Below are positions 32,321 through 42,492 of a stretch of DNA of 64,000 nucleotides, piece after piece (the first letter of the stretch is position 1; each line of letters starts with the position of its first letter). Location: the NCBI GenBank assembly GCA_963797095.1, contig CAWCNY010000004.1, positions 384,001 through 448,000 on the forward strand. The letters are read 5' to 3'. This stretch comes from an uncultured Chloroflexia bacterium. Lineage in GTDB: Bacteria; Chloroflexota; Chloroflexia; QHBQ01; JADMIH01. A program made the translations under genes and the position numbers. The notes under the pieces are model-generated. The model saw only the letters and a list, made by a program, of their open reading frames with translations, did no database searches and was not told where the DNA came from.

Positions 32321-32938
32321 TCAATTACGCACCCAGATCAGTTTCATAGGGAGAAAGATACCTCCACGCTTCACCACCAGTTCGACGTGCAAGCCTGAAT
32401 CCCTTACCACGCGCTCGGTATCCTGGTTGAGCCTGCATCCACCCGCCAGCTTGAACCACAAGGGGGCCAGCCTGTCCTGCATCCACGCCTGCCACGGGCG
32501 ATCCGCACGCACATGCTCCAGGAAACGCATCGGGGCGCCGGGCTTAAGCACGCGCTTCGCTTCAGCCAGTGCCCGCGCCGGGTCTGGGATTGTACAGAGG
32601 GCAAGCTGGCACACCAGGCCATCGAACAGACAATCGCCAAAAGGTAGGTCGTGGGCCGAAGCCGCGATTGGCACTACTGTAGCAACCGATTTGCGCGCCT
32701 TCTCTGCCAACCGGCCAACACTGGCAAGGTCAGGCTCGGTCGCGATCACAGTTACACCCGGCGAGTAATGGCTAAGGCTGAAACCCGTGCCAGCTCCAAT
32801 CTCCAGGATCAAGCCCTTGAGCGGAGCGATCAGCCTGCGCCTGCTGGGGGCAAGAAAGAACATCTCAGGACCTCCCTGTAGAACCACATCATACGCCAGA
32901 GCTATGAACCTGCTGCGAAGGCTCTTATGCATCGCCAT
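32321..32938 (-). CDS. Class I SAM-dependent methyltransferase
   Basis: LEIGAGTG, LPFGD..FD, LCTIPD and RVLKPG..FLEHV. Confidence 0.88.
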   Translation of the reverse strand: MAMHKSLRSRFIALAYDVVLQGGPEMFFLAPSRRRLIAPLKGLILEIGAGTGFSLSHYSPGVTVIATEPDLASVGRLAEKARKSVATVVPIAASAHDLPFGDCLFDGLVCQLALCTIPDPARALAEAKRVLKPGAPMRFLEHVRADRPWQAWMQDRLAPLWFKLAGGCRLNQDTERVVRDSGLHVELVVKRGGIFLPMKLIWVRN

Positions 32939-32941
32939 AGT

Positions 32942-33895
32942 CTACAGCACGAAAGTAGTGCCAACGCTCGTGGCGATGAAGGCGTCCGGCAATTCGGCAG
33001 CTATTCTGCTCACAGCCCGCCAGCCGGTGCAGTGGCCCGGCACCAAGCAGTCCGGTGCAATCGCCTTGAGGGCGGCAACAGTAGGCTCGATAATTGGCTC
33101 GAAGCCTGGCCCCGTCAGATGGAACCCGCCGATTACGGCATATACTTTGTCGATACCCGTGATCCTTTGGGCGTTGCGGATCACATTGATGATCCCCGAA
33201 TGACCGCAACCTGTGACAATTACCAGTCCCTTACCTTTGACATGTATGATCGCACATTGGTCATCATGAATCAGAGGGTCAGGCTCCCAGTGATCGCCGT
33301 GCCATGCCTCGTGCCCGCGCAGACCTTTCTCAAACTCTGTCGTACGTGCCACCTCCCCCGACAACAGCACCATCCCATCCACCAACATCGAAGGTCCGAC
33401 CTCTTCGACTATCTCTACACCCATCCTGCTGAGGTCGGCACGGTTTGGCGGCGGCAGTTGCAGTTCCATTCCGTTCGGCAATACAAGCCTGCGCGCCAAG
33501 AAGGCGTCCGGGTGCAATATGACAGGCATTCCCAATCTGCCCAGGCGGTCCAGCAGACCTGGCAGGCCCATAGCGTGGTCAGCGTGGCCGTGGCTCAGAA
33601 TGATCGCCTGGATGTCGTGCGCGTCCACCTCCATCAAGTCCATGTTGTACAGGATGCCCTGCTTGCTCACTCCCGTATCGAACATGATCTTGCCACGCTT
33701 GTCGCCGCTCTGCACCTCGATCAGCGCCGAAAAGCCGTGCTCGGCTATCGGAAAAGGCTTCTCGAAGAGATCGCTCGTCAGCTTGAACCGGCGGGCCACC
33801 GCAGACCCGGTCATAAGGACATCTACCGAGTTGTCACATAGAATCGATACTTGAACCGCGTCTGCCTTGGTCAATGCAATAGCTTGCGCGTCCAT
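32942..33895 (-). CDS. MBL-fold metallo-hydrolase
   Basis: EHGFS, FDTG, SHGHADH, TGCGH, GGFHL and PGHCTG. Confidence 0.88.
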   Translation of the reverse strand: MDAQAIALTKADAVQVSILCDNSVDVLMTGSAVARRFKLTSDLFEKPFPIAEHGFSALIEVQSGDKRGKIMFDTGVSKQGILYNMDLMEVDAHDIQAIILSHGHADHAMGLPGLLDRLGRLGMPVILHPDAFLARRLVLPNGMELQLPPPNRADLSRMGVEIVEEVGPSMLVDGMVLLSGEVARTTEFEKGLRGHEAWHGDHWEPDPLIHDDQCAIIHVKGKGLVIVTGCGHSGIINVIRNAQRITGIDKVYAVIGGFHLTGPGFEPIIEPTVAALKAIAPDCLVPGHCTGWRAVSRIAAELPDAFIATSVGTTFVL

Positions 33896-33910
33896 GTCTC
33901 CTCCAATTAC

Positions 33911-34876
33911 TTATGAAATAGACCGTATCCTCTCGATCAGCTCAGGCGAGTCGGGCATTCTTCCTATGCTGGCTAGCCTGGGCACAAGTTCTCGCCAGGC
34001 GGGGTCCGCTACGAAGGCGCTGCGAAACAGTGGCGTGGCCTCATCCCATTGCCCGGCGGCGGCAAGCTGGCACGCATGCCAGAAATGCAATTCCGCATTG
34101 CCAGTCATAGCTTTGCTGTGTGCCATTGCTTCATCGAACTCACGGCGTGCCAGTTCAAACCTGCCGGGTCCCAGAGAGGTATCCCGTACGATCTGTTCTG
34201 CTTGTCCTGCATGCTTGTAGGCGCGAGCCACGTCGAGCAAGCGGCGCAACTCCGGCAGAGGTTCAGGGTGGTCGTCTACGCGAAGGTCAAACAGGCGCGT
34301 TTTCCAGGGAGCGCCCGACAACTCTCCGCCTACCACCAGCAACGCCGCCGACTGCTTGCCTCGTATGTCGCCTCCTTCGGCCTCTGCCGCTTCCAGTGCT
34401 ACCATCATACGCTCAGCAAGATCGCCTTTGGCAGCTTCAAAGGCTTCCGCCATAGCGTTCCAAACGGTATTCTTCAGCATGAGATTGGCTTGCACACTGT
34501 AATGTTTTCCCGCGAGATGTCCCGCTTCCGGGATGCAAAGGCTGCCCGTGTGCACTGCCACATTTCCTAGCGAGTCAACCATCGCCACCTGCCGCACAGC
34601 GGCGTTGGGGTCTGCCGCCAACAACCCGTCAAGGGCCTGCCCGGCAGTCTTACCCGAACGCATCATCTCCAGGCCGAGTGGCCCGTACGACGCTTCGGCC
34701 ATCGATTGCGTGGCCACCGCTCCCACGCCAGCCTCGGCCCACGGCACGATCTTTCCAACGCAAAAGTAGTGCGACTGGACTGCCACGCCCCACTGAGACG
34801 TTTCAGAATCGTAAGCACCTATCGAATACGTGTGGGCCGGGATCAGCGGCTGAAGGCCGGATTCACCCTGGTTCAT
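33911..34876 (-). CDS. DUF1028 (Ntn-hydrolase-like) protein with C-terminal TPR-like helices
   Basis: HTYSI, GVGAVATQS, GGDIRGKQSAAL and DLRVDDHPEP. Start at ATG 34876. Confidence 0.85.
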   Translation of the reverse strand: MNQGESGLQPLIPAHTYSIGAYDSETSQWGVAVQSHYFCVGKIVPWAEAGVGAVATQSMAEASYGPLGLEMMRSGKTAGQALDGLLAADPNAAVRQVAMVDSLGNVAVHTGSLCIPEAGHLAGKHYSVQANLMLKNTVWNAMAEAFEAAKGDLAERMMVALEAAEAEGGDIRGKQSAALLVVGGELSGAPWKTRLFDLRVDDHPEPLPELRRLLDVARAYKHAGQAEQIVRDTSLGPGRFELARREFDEAMAHSKAMTGNAELHFWHACQLAAAGQWDEATPLFRSAFVADPAWRELVPRLASIGRMPDSPELIERIRSIS

Positions 34877-35216
34877 TACTACCCCCTTGTAGATACAAAT
34901 AGCGACAGTGCGGACGACATCAGCATATCTTACGCCCATTTTATCACTGCACGGCAAGGGCTATTCAGCCATGGAACATGCAGAGTCCCACCTAGCGCCT
35001 TGTGTCCTCCTCATTCTGCGCTGGACAAGTGCTCAATTAATATGCCGAAAGTTGTTCATTTTGTGTCTATCTGCGAGAATGGGGTGCCCAGAAGCGTCTG
35101 TGATATAATTGCCCTTGCCACATTGTGGTCTTTTGGGGTCCGCGCTTCCCCCATCCCGCGTCCTCGATCTGCATCGCTGCCGCGGTTGCTACTCATATTT
35201 GAAAGGTGTGCTAGCC

Positions 35217-37116
35217 ATGAAACTTGTTCGTTCCATCGCTATGGCGCTTGCTGGAGTGATAGTCGGGCGGGCCATCGTCTCGGCTATGAAGGCGAGACGT
35301 CCTGAAAAGAGAGAGGAGAAGTCGGGATCGTCAAGCCTGCTGGTGCGTTTGTTCACGGCAGTAAATCAATACGTTGAATGGCATGAGCTTCCTCCCATGC
35401 TCGGCCTGCTCAATATGGTTGCCTTCCGCATAGTCCTCAGAGAGAAGAATCTTTACGATACTTCATCGAGCGCCGAGGGGCGCAGCATCGCCACCCAGGC
35501 CGCCCCACGCGATCCCCATGACCTATACTGGCGGACAGTTGACGGCACTTACAACGACCTGGGTGACCCGAAAATGGGCATGCTCAATACCCGCTTCGGG
35601 CGCAACGTGCCTGTCGAGAAGACTTTTCCTGAGCCGGAGCCTGCCCTTCTCAGCCCTAGCCCGCGACTGGTCAGCCGTAAGCTGCTGACACGCGATGAAT
35701 TCAAGCCCGCGACCACCCTTAACCTCCTTGCGGCGGCCTGGATCCAGTTCATGACGCACGACTGGTTCAATCACGGCGACAACCAGCCGGATAACCACTT
35801 GCTCGTGCCGGTCGGAGATGACGACCCCTGGTTCGAGAAGCCGATGCGCATCCAGCGTACCCTTTCCGACACGACACGCACGCCGGACGAATCGGACAAA
35901 CCGCCAACCTACATGAACGCTGTATCGCACTGGTGGGACGCCTCCAGCATATATGGCTGCGACGAGGCCAGTTGCGCCAGAGTGCGCGCCAAATCGGGCG
36001 GGAAACTGATTGTAAAGAACGGACGCCTCCCGCTCGACCCCGACACGGGCCTTACTATTACCGGGTTCAACAGCAACTGGTGGTTGGGGCTGGGCCTGCT
36101 GCATACTGTCTTCACGCTCGAACACAACGCTATCTGCGACCGCCTCAAGCAGGAATACCCCGATTGGAGTGACGAGCATCTTTTCCAGACCGCCCGCCTC
36201 ATCATTGCCGCTCTGATGGCTAAGATACACACTGTCGAATGGACGCCTGGAATTTTGAGCCACCCGGCAATCCACATGGCAACCCAGACCAACTGGTGGG
36301 GCATGGCTTCCGAGAGAGTCAACAAGGTATTCGGGCGCATCAGCGGCAGCGAGTTGATAAGCGGCATCCCCGGCTCAGAAACGGACCACTACGGTGTGCC
36401 CTTCGCGCTGACCGAGGAATTCGTAGCGGTGTACCGTCTCCACCCACTCATCCCTGATGATATAGACATATACTCGATGACCACAGGCGAAATACTTAAG
36501 AAGCTGACCTTCCCCGATATAGCCAACAGGAATGCCGCCACCGTTATCGATGATAAAGTGTCGGTAATCGATACACTATACTCCTTCGGCATATCCCACC
36601 CCGGTGCTATCGAGCTGCACAACTTTCCACGTTTTCTACAGGATATAGTTACACAGACCGGCGTGCGCGTTGACCTGGCAGCCGTCGATATCACTCGCGA
36701 CCGCGAGCGAGGTATACCACGCTACAACGAATTCAGGAGGCTCTTACACCTCAAGCCGTTCGAACTCTTTTGACGAGATTACCCCGAACAAGCAATGGGT
36801 GAAGGAGTTGAAGGAGGTCTATAACGACGATATCGAACGTGTTGACCTGATGGTGGGTATGTACGCGGAAAAGCCGCCCAAAGGGTTCGGCTTCAGCGAT
36901 ACCGCCTTCCGTGTCTTCATCCTTATGGCCTCAAGGAGGCTGAACAGCGACCGCTTCTTTACCACAGACTACAATCCCAGGGTATATACGCAGGCCGGCA
37001 TAGACTGGATCAACCGCAATGACATGGGCAGCGTATTGCTGCGGCACTATCCGGAACTTGCCGCCCCACTCCGAGGTGTCAAAAACGCCTTCGCACCCTG
37101 GGTGAAGGTAGTCTGA
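35217..37116 (+). pseudogene. Heme peroxidase of the fatty-acid alpha-dioxygenase type, split by a 1-bp frameshift near 36757-36765
   Basis: WIQFMTHDW (distal His), HTVEWTP, EEFVAVYRLH (Tyr and proximal His) and RDRERG in the first frame; VDLMVG and MASRRLNSDRFFT continue in the next frame. Confidence 0.85.
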
Positions 37117-37119
37117 CAT

Positions 37120-38160
37120 CTAGGCCTCTTTTCGCAATCTGGCGCTTGCATAATAGACCAATTTGCGAGCGCGATTCGTGCTTCTCAGAGGCCGGATGTC
37201 TGTTGAGCTGGTGTTCCAGGGATTGAAAGTGTAACCCTCGATCTCTTGCTCATCAGCCGGGTTCAATTCCTGCCCAGGGATGACTAGCTGCGCGATTGTG
37301 GTCGAAGGCGCGACTTCCTCCTTCCATTCAACAGTTCCGTCCTCGATAGGCGTTTTGTCGTCGTCCACGTATCTTTGCACCTTAAAGTCAAATCGCACTT
37401 CACCTTGCTTTAGACGCGATATCAACTCGGCACGCAAATCATCTGCTCTGCCTTCGCTTGACCTCTCCTCCGGAACGAGCTTGAACATCAACGCGACGTT
37501 CCCGAAGGCATAAGGGGCGCGGCTCCAAAAGGTCTCAGTGGCGAGGCTCGCCACGGGGCGCGAGGTCTGTTCTCTCAAAGTGCGGAACACGCGCAGCGTC
37601 TCCTTCAAGCCAAGACGCCGTGCGATCCTGACGAGCGCTGCCAGCGTTCTCCAGCCTCTCGATTTCCACAAGACGGCGGGATACACAGGCGGGCGAACGA
37701 GCAGGCTATGGCCGCGAATTGCCTTGCATCGCGCGCGTGGGACGTGGGAATAGGGCGCGTTGGTCATCAGCAGATCGTGGTCGTTTCCTGTCCCCGCTTT
37801 CACTCGAATAGCCAGGCCGCGAAGGTCGCGTGACAAGTCCGGCTGAACGATGCTGCTCGCGTTCGAGAAACGCACGTGAGCCTGGTACTCCTTGCCGGGC
37901 TGAAGGATGCCTACCCTAAGGTCCTCCGGGATATCGGGCAGCACCCGGAACTCGGCGTTCTTTGTGCTTGCACGCAAGCGGGCGTGCTGTGCGCGCTCGA
38001 TGTGCTGGTTGCTCTCGATGCGCCGGATATCTCTTTGTATGCGGTTGATCTCAGGAGCAAATCGCCGCCTGATTAGCTCATCCTCGGCCTCCTTGCTTCC
38101 ATCCAGGAAGATTTCTTGCCAACTAGTGCCTGCTCGGTTCGTGGCGGTGCCGTTCGACAT
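37120..38160 (-). CDS. Catalase-related small heme protein, carrying an internal compensated frameshift
   Basis: RAQHAR, VRFSNAS, RGLAI, FWSRAPY, PIED, FNPW and NRARKLVY; 7-bp tandem duplication at 37736-37749. Confidence 0.75.
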   Translation of the reverse strand: MSNGTATNRAGTSWQEIFLDGSKEAEDELIRRRFAPEINRIQRDIRRIESNQHIERAQHARLRASTKNAEFRVLPDIPEDLRVGILQPGKEYQAHVRFSNASSIVQPDLSRDLRGLAIRVKAGTGNDHDLLMTNAPYSHVPRARCKAIRGHSLLVRPPVYPAVLWKSRGWRTLAALVRIARRLGLKETLRVFRTLREQTSRPVASLATETFWSRAPYAFGNVALMFKLVPEERSSEGRADDLRAELISRLKQGEVRFDFKVQRYVDDDKTPIEDGTVEWKEEVAPSTTIAQLVIPGQELNPADEQEIEGYTFNPWNTSSTDIRPLRSTNRARKLVYYASARLRKEA

Positions 38161-38667
38161 TCAAATGCCCTCCAGCCAATATGCTGAAGAAGTCCCAGCC
38201 TGTGGGTCAAAGGACAAGGTCAGGCAGCGTACAGGCTAGCGTACAAGCTTTTGACGATCCTCAGCTCAACTCTGTACATTACCAACTCAATAACAGACAG
38301 AGTAGGCCAACCTGTCCATGTGTGAGCGTGGGACTAAACAGACATCAGGGTCCGTGGGGGATGTCTGAAAAGTGAAATTGCCCCACAACTGACGCCTGAC
38401 CTGCGCCAGTACGTCCGAGAAAGTAGCCTCCCGCTTGTGTAGGGTAAGAGGCCGGGTCTTGTCGAGATGTATAATCCAGCAAGAACACCAACCCCTCCCC
38501 CCGAACCTGGACGTGCACCTTTCAGCGCATCCGGCTCTCCAGACCTGCTATTTTCGTATGAGAGCCTCTCGGTTCATCCGAACCAGCCCTCCACTATCCA
38601 GAACAGTCCTGCAGCCCTTCCCCCTGTCTCCCCTATTACAAGGAGCAGAGGTTGGCGGCCGGGTAGC

Positions 38668-38746
38668 TGGATCTCCCCTCATATACGAAATGACATTGGT
38701 GGTACAAAACAGGACACGTTTTGGGGTGTACTTAAGTACGGTTTTG
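38668..38746 (+). repeat. Dispersed 79-bp repeat, copy A, with GTACTTAAGTAC palindrome at 38728-38739
   Basis: Ungapped alignment to copies B and C. Confidence 0.8.
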
Positions 38747-38997
38747 TTGGGCGCGAACCCGGAGATGCGGGTCTGGAGATGAAACTATTGTGCATCACGT
38801 GTCGAAGTGATATACTCATGCCTACGACGCCCTGTAGGGTGCGTCATTAGTGAATGTGAAGGTCGCTTTGTTCGAGCGCCTGTTATCTCTTGATTAGAGC
38901 TAACGAGGCGACTTACAGGCCACGCGCCCTGATAGAGCCTGCTGGCAGGCCGTAAGCAGGGCAGTATTGATACCGGCCCAGTGAAAGGAACTCCTTC

Positions 38998-41357
38998 ATG
39001 GTTCGTCTGTCTTCCCCTATCGAGAACATCAAGCCCAGCTACACTGTTGTGATAATCGGCTCAGGATATGGAGGGAGCATCGCGGCTTCCAGGCTGGCCC
39101 GCGCGGGCCAGCAGGTGTGCTTGTTGGAGCGGGGCAAAGAGTTTCAGCCTGGGGAGTATCCTGATAGCCTCACGCAGGCAACGGGCGAGATGCAGACCGA
39201 CCTACCGGCAGGACACGTCGGACCGCGCACGGGCCTCTATGACCTGCGCGTCAACGAAGATATCAACGTCTTTCTGGGCTGCGGCCTGGGCGGCACGTCG
39301 CTGTTGAACGCCAACGTGTCGCTTCGTGCCGAGCCACGCGTCTTTGACGATCCGCGCTGGCCCCAGGCGATACGCGATGACCTACCCACTCTCATAGAAG
39401 AAGGCTACAGCCGAGCCGAGGAGATGCTCAGGCCAAGGCCCTACCCTGAGCACTTTCCGGTCCTGAAGAAGCTGCAAGCCCTGGAAAAGTCGGCAGCGCT
39501 CCTGGGCGAGAAGTTCTACAGGACACCGATTAACGTCAATTTTGAGGACGGTGTGAACCACGTGGGGGTATACCAGCGCGCGTGCCCCCTTTGCGGCGAT
39601 TGCTGCTCTGGGTGCAATTACGGCTCCAAGAACACCCTGATCATGAACTACCTGCCGGATGCGAAGAACCACGGGGCTGAGATCTATACGGAAGTGGCGG
39701 TCAAGTATGTCGAGCGGCAGGAAAGCAGGTGGCTGGTGCACTTCGATGTGCTCGGAATCGGGCGAGAGAAATTCCATGCCCCCAACCTGTTTGTGAGCGC
39801 CGACCTCGTGATCGTGGCGGCGGGCGCGTTAGGCTCAACCGAAGTACTGCTCCGCTCGAAGGAGCAGGGCCTCGCGGTCTCCGATAAACTGGGGCACGGG
39901 TTCACTGGCAACGGCGACGTGCTTGGCTTCGGTTACAACAACGACGAGCCGATCAACGGCGTTGGCATCGGACGCGAAGCCGACGGGACATCCGACCCGG
40001 TTGGGCCGTGCATCACAGGCATAATAGATGTTCGCAACCGCGAAAATCTCAATGAGGGCATGGTTATTGAAGAAGGGGTAGTGCCGAGTCCGCTCGCCTC
40101 TTTGCTGCCTGCCGCGTTTGCCACAGCATCGCATATCGTGGGCAAAGGCACCGATACGGGAGCCGCTGACGCTGTGCGTGAAGCGGGACGTGAGTTAGGA
40201 AGCGTCGCACTAGGTCCATACCACGGTGCAGTGCGCAACACGCAGACCTATCTGGTCATGACCCACGACAACTCGGCAGGCCACATGTACTTGAAAGACA
40301 ATCGCCTGCGTATTGACTGGCCCGGCGTAGGCTCTCAACCGATCTTCGGGAAAGTGAACGCAAACCTTGAAGAAGCCACGCGTGCCCTGGGCGGCACCTA
40401 CATGCGCAACCCGATCTGGACGCAGCTTTTCAAGAAAGACCTTGTCACGGTCCACCCCCTGGGCGGTTGTCCAATGGGAGAAGACGCCGAGCGCGGAGCA
40501 GTCGATCACAAAGGGCGAGTTTTTTCCGGCAGCGGGGGACAGGAAGTCCATGAGGGCCTGTACGTCTGCGACGGGGCCATCATACCCCGCTCGGTGGGTG
40601 TGAACCCTCTGCTGACGATCTCTGCCATTTCGGAGCGCAATGTTGCTCTCCTGGCAAAAGAGCGGGGTTGGGAGATAGATTATGCCCTTACCCCGGTGGC
40701 TGCGAAGGAAGACGAAGCTCCACGACTTGGCATCCAGTTCACCGAGACGATGAAGGGCTTCTTTTCAAACGTCGCCTTTGAGACCTACGAGCAAAGCTGG
40801 ATCAAGGGCAAGAAGGACAAGTCGCACTTTGAGTTCACGCTGACGGTCGTCTCGGATGACCTGGAGCGCATGCTCGAAGACCAGGAGCACAAAGCGAAGA
40901 TCATGGGTACAGTGCTGGCCCCATCCTCTCGGCCCAACCGCTGACGGTCACCAACGGCGAGTTCAACCTGTTCGTGCTGAATCCTGACGAACCGCATAGC
41001 AGGAAGATGCTCTACCGGATGACCATGCTCTCCGAGGAAGGCAAGAGCTATCTTCTGGATGGTTTCAAGCTGGTGCGCGACGACCCCGGCCTCGATATGT
41101 GGTCTGACACCACCACGGTCTTCCTGACCGTAAGCGAGGGCGAAGGAAGCGATATGAAAGTGGTGGGCAGGGGTATACTTAAGATCAAGCCTATGGACTT
41201 CGTACGGCAGATGACCACCATGCGGATCAACAACGCCAGAAATTTAGAGCAGGTGCTTGAGGCCAATGCGCGCTTTGGGCGCTTTTTCGCGGGCGCGCTT
41301 TTCGACGCCTACGCACGACTGGCCAGGCGCAAGAAGAAAGTAGAGGAGCAGTCCTGA
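38998..41357 (+). pseudogene. GMC oxidoreductase (cholesterol-oxidase-like) with C-terminal domain, split by a 1-bp deletion near 40926
   Basis: IGSGYGG, GLGGTSLLNANV, CxxCGDCCSGC, TVHPLGGC and GVNPLLTI. Adding one C gives APSLSAQPLTVTNGEFNLFV, continuous with ORF 40974-41357. Confidence 0.85.
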
Positions 41358-41358
41358 A

Positions 41359-42399
41359 ATGGCCGATTCCAGGAGGAAACACAAAGAAACTGTGGTCCCA
41401 TTCACGACCCAGGATGGGATCGAATGCAACATGATCAGGGTGCAGGGCGATGAGGCTCCGCCCAAAGGGCCTGTGCTCCTCTCACCAGGGGCTGGCGTGC
41501 GGGCCGAAGTGTTCCGCGCGCCTGTTGAGACCACAATCGTCGATGCTCTCATTGAGGCAGGCTACGAACCCTGGCTCGAAAACTGGCGAGCCAGCATCGA
41601 TGTTAAGCCCAATAACTGGAACCTGGACAAAGCAGCGCTCTACGACCACCCGGAAGCGGTCAGAACGATCGTGAAAGAGACAGGCTGGCCTGAGATCAAA
41701 GCGATCATCCACTGCCAGGGGTCCACCAGCTTCATGATGTCGGCGGTGGCGGGGCTTGTGCCCCAGGTGAAGACCATAGTCAGCAACGCCGTTTCGCTGC
41801 ACCCCGTTGTGCCCACCTTCTCTCGCGTCAAATTGAAGGCTATCTTGCCTATGCTGTCTCTCTTCACCAGCTATCTCAGCCCGGAGTGGGGTGTAAAGGC
41901 ACCCACGCCGACCGCCAAAGCCATAGCCCTAATGGTCAGGGTGTTTCACCACGAGTGCGATAATACTGTGTGCAAGCTGGTTAGCTTTATCTACGGCACA
42001 GGCTTTCCCGCCCTCTGGCGGCACGAGAACCTCAATCCTGAGACGCATGAGTGGCTGAAGCGCGAGTTCGCGTTCGTGCCTGTGACCTTTTACAAACAGA
42101 TGGCGCGCTGCGTGAGCAAGGGGAACCTCGTTTCGATGAAGGGGGGCACGGCCCTGCCACGAGACTTCGCAGCCCAGCCGCCCAGGACAGATGCGCGCTT
42201 TTCCTTCTTCGCCGGTCGCGAGAACCTTTGTTTTCTCCCCCAAAGCCAGGTGGAGACGTACAAGTACTTCAATGCACAGCGACAGGATTTCCATTCCCTG
42301 CATATTATTGAGAAGTACAGCCACCTGGATATGTTCATGGGACAGCATGCTTCGCGAGATGTATTCCCCCTTATGATCGCCGAGCTAGATAAGTCATGA
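41359..42399 (+). CDS. Alpha/beta-hydrolase-fold protein with a Cys at the nucleophile elbow
   Basis: WLENWRAS, IIHCQGS and YSHLDMFMG; translationally coupled to the GMC gene. Confidence 0.8.
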   Translation: MADSRRKHKETVVPFTTQDGIECNMIRVQGDEAPPKGPVLLSPGAGVRAEVFRAPVETTIVDALIEAGYEPWLENWRASIDVKPNNWNLDKAALYDHPEAVRTIVKETGWPEIKAIIHCQGSTSFMMSAVAGLVPQVKTIVSNAVSLHPVVPTFSRVKLKAILPMLSLFTSYLSPEWGVKAPTPTAKAIALMVRVFHHECDNTVCKLVSFIYGTGFPALWRHENLNPETHEWLKREFAFVPVTFYKQMARCVSKGNLVSMKGGTALPRDFAAQPPRTDARFSFFAGRENLCFLPQSQVETYKYFNAQRQDFHSLHIIEKYSHLDMFMGQHASRDVFPLMIAELDKS

Positions 42400-42492
42400 C
42401 GACCATGCACGCGAAGTAATGTCCCTATTTAGCAGTCCAAATCAACACTAACAGCGCACTGCCAACCACCGAACCTAGAAAGGTTTTGACTA

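Noticed and set aside
32927-33841. 304-aa plus-strand ORF
   Set aside because: Antisense to the motif-complete MBL-fold gene.
36750-36775. Programmed ribosomal frameshift in the dioxygenase gene (also considered at 40926)
   Set aside because: No X XXY YYZ slippery site or clear stimulatory structure; mutation or sequencing error is simpler.
38355-38660. Possible IS-end-like sequence (GGGGATGTCTGAAAAGT) and short ORFs 38435-38850
   Set aside because: No matching inverted repeat or transposase, and the ORFs have no recognisable motifs.
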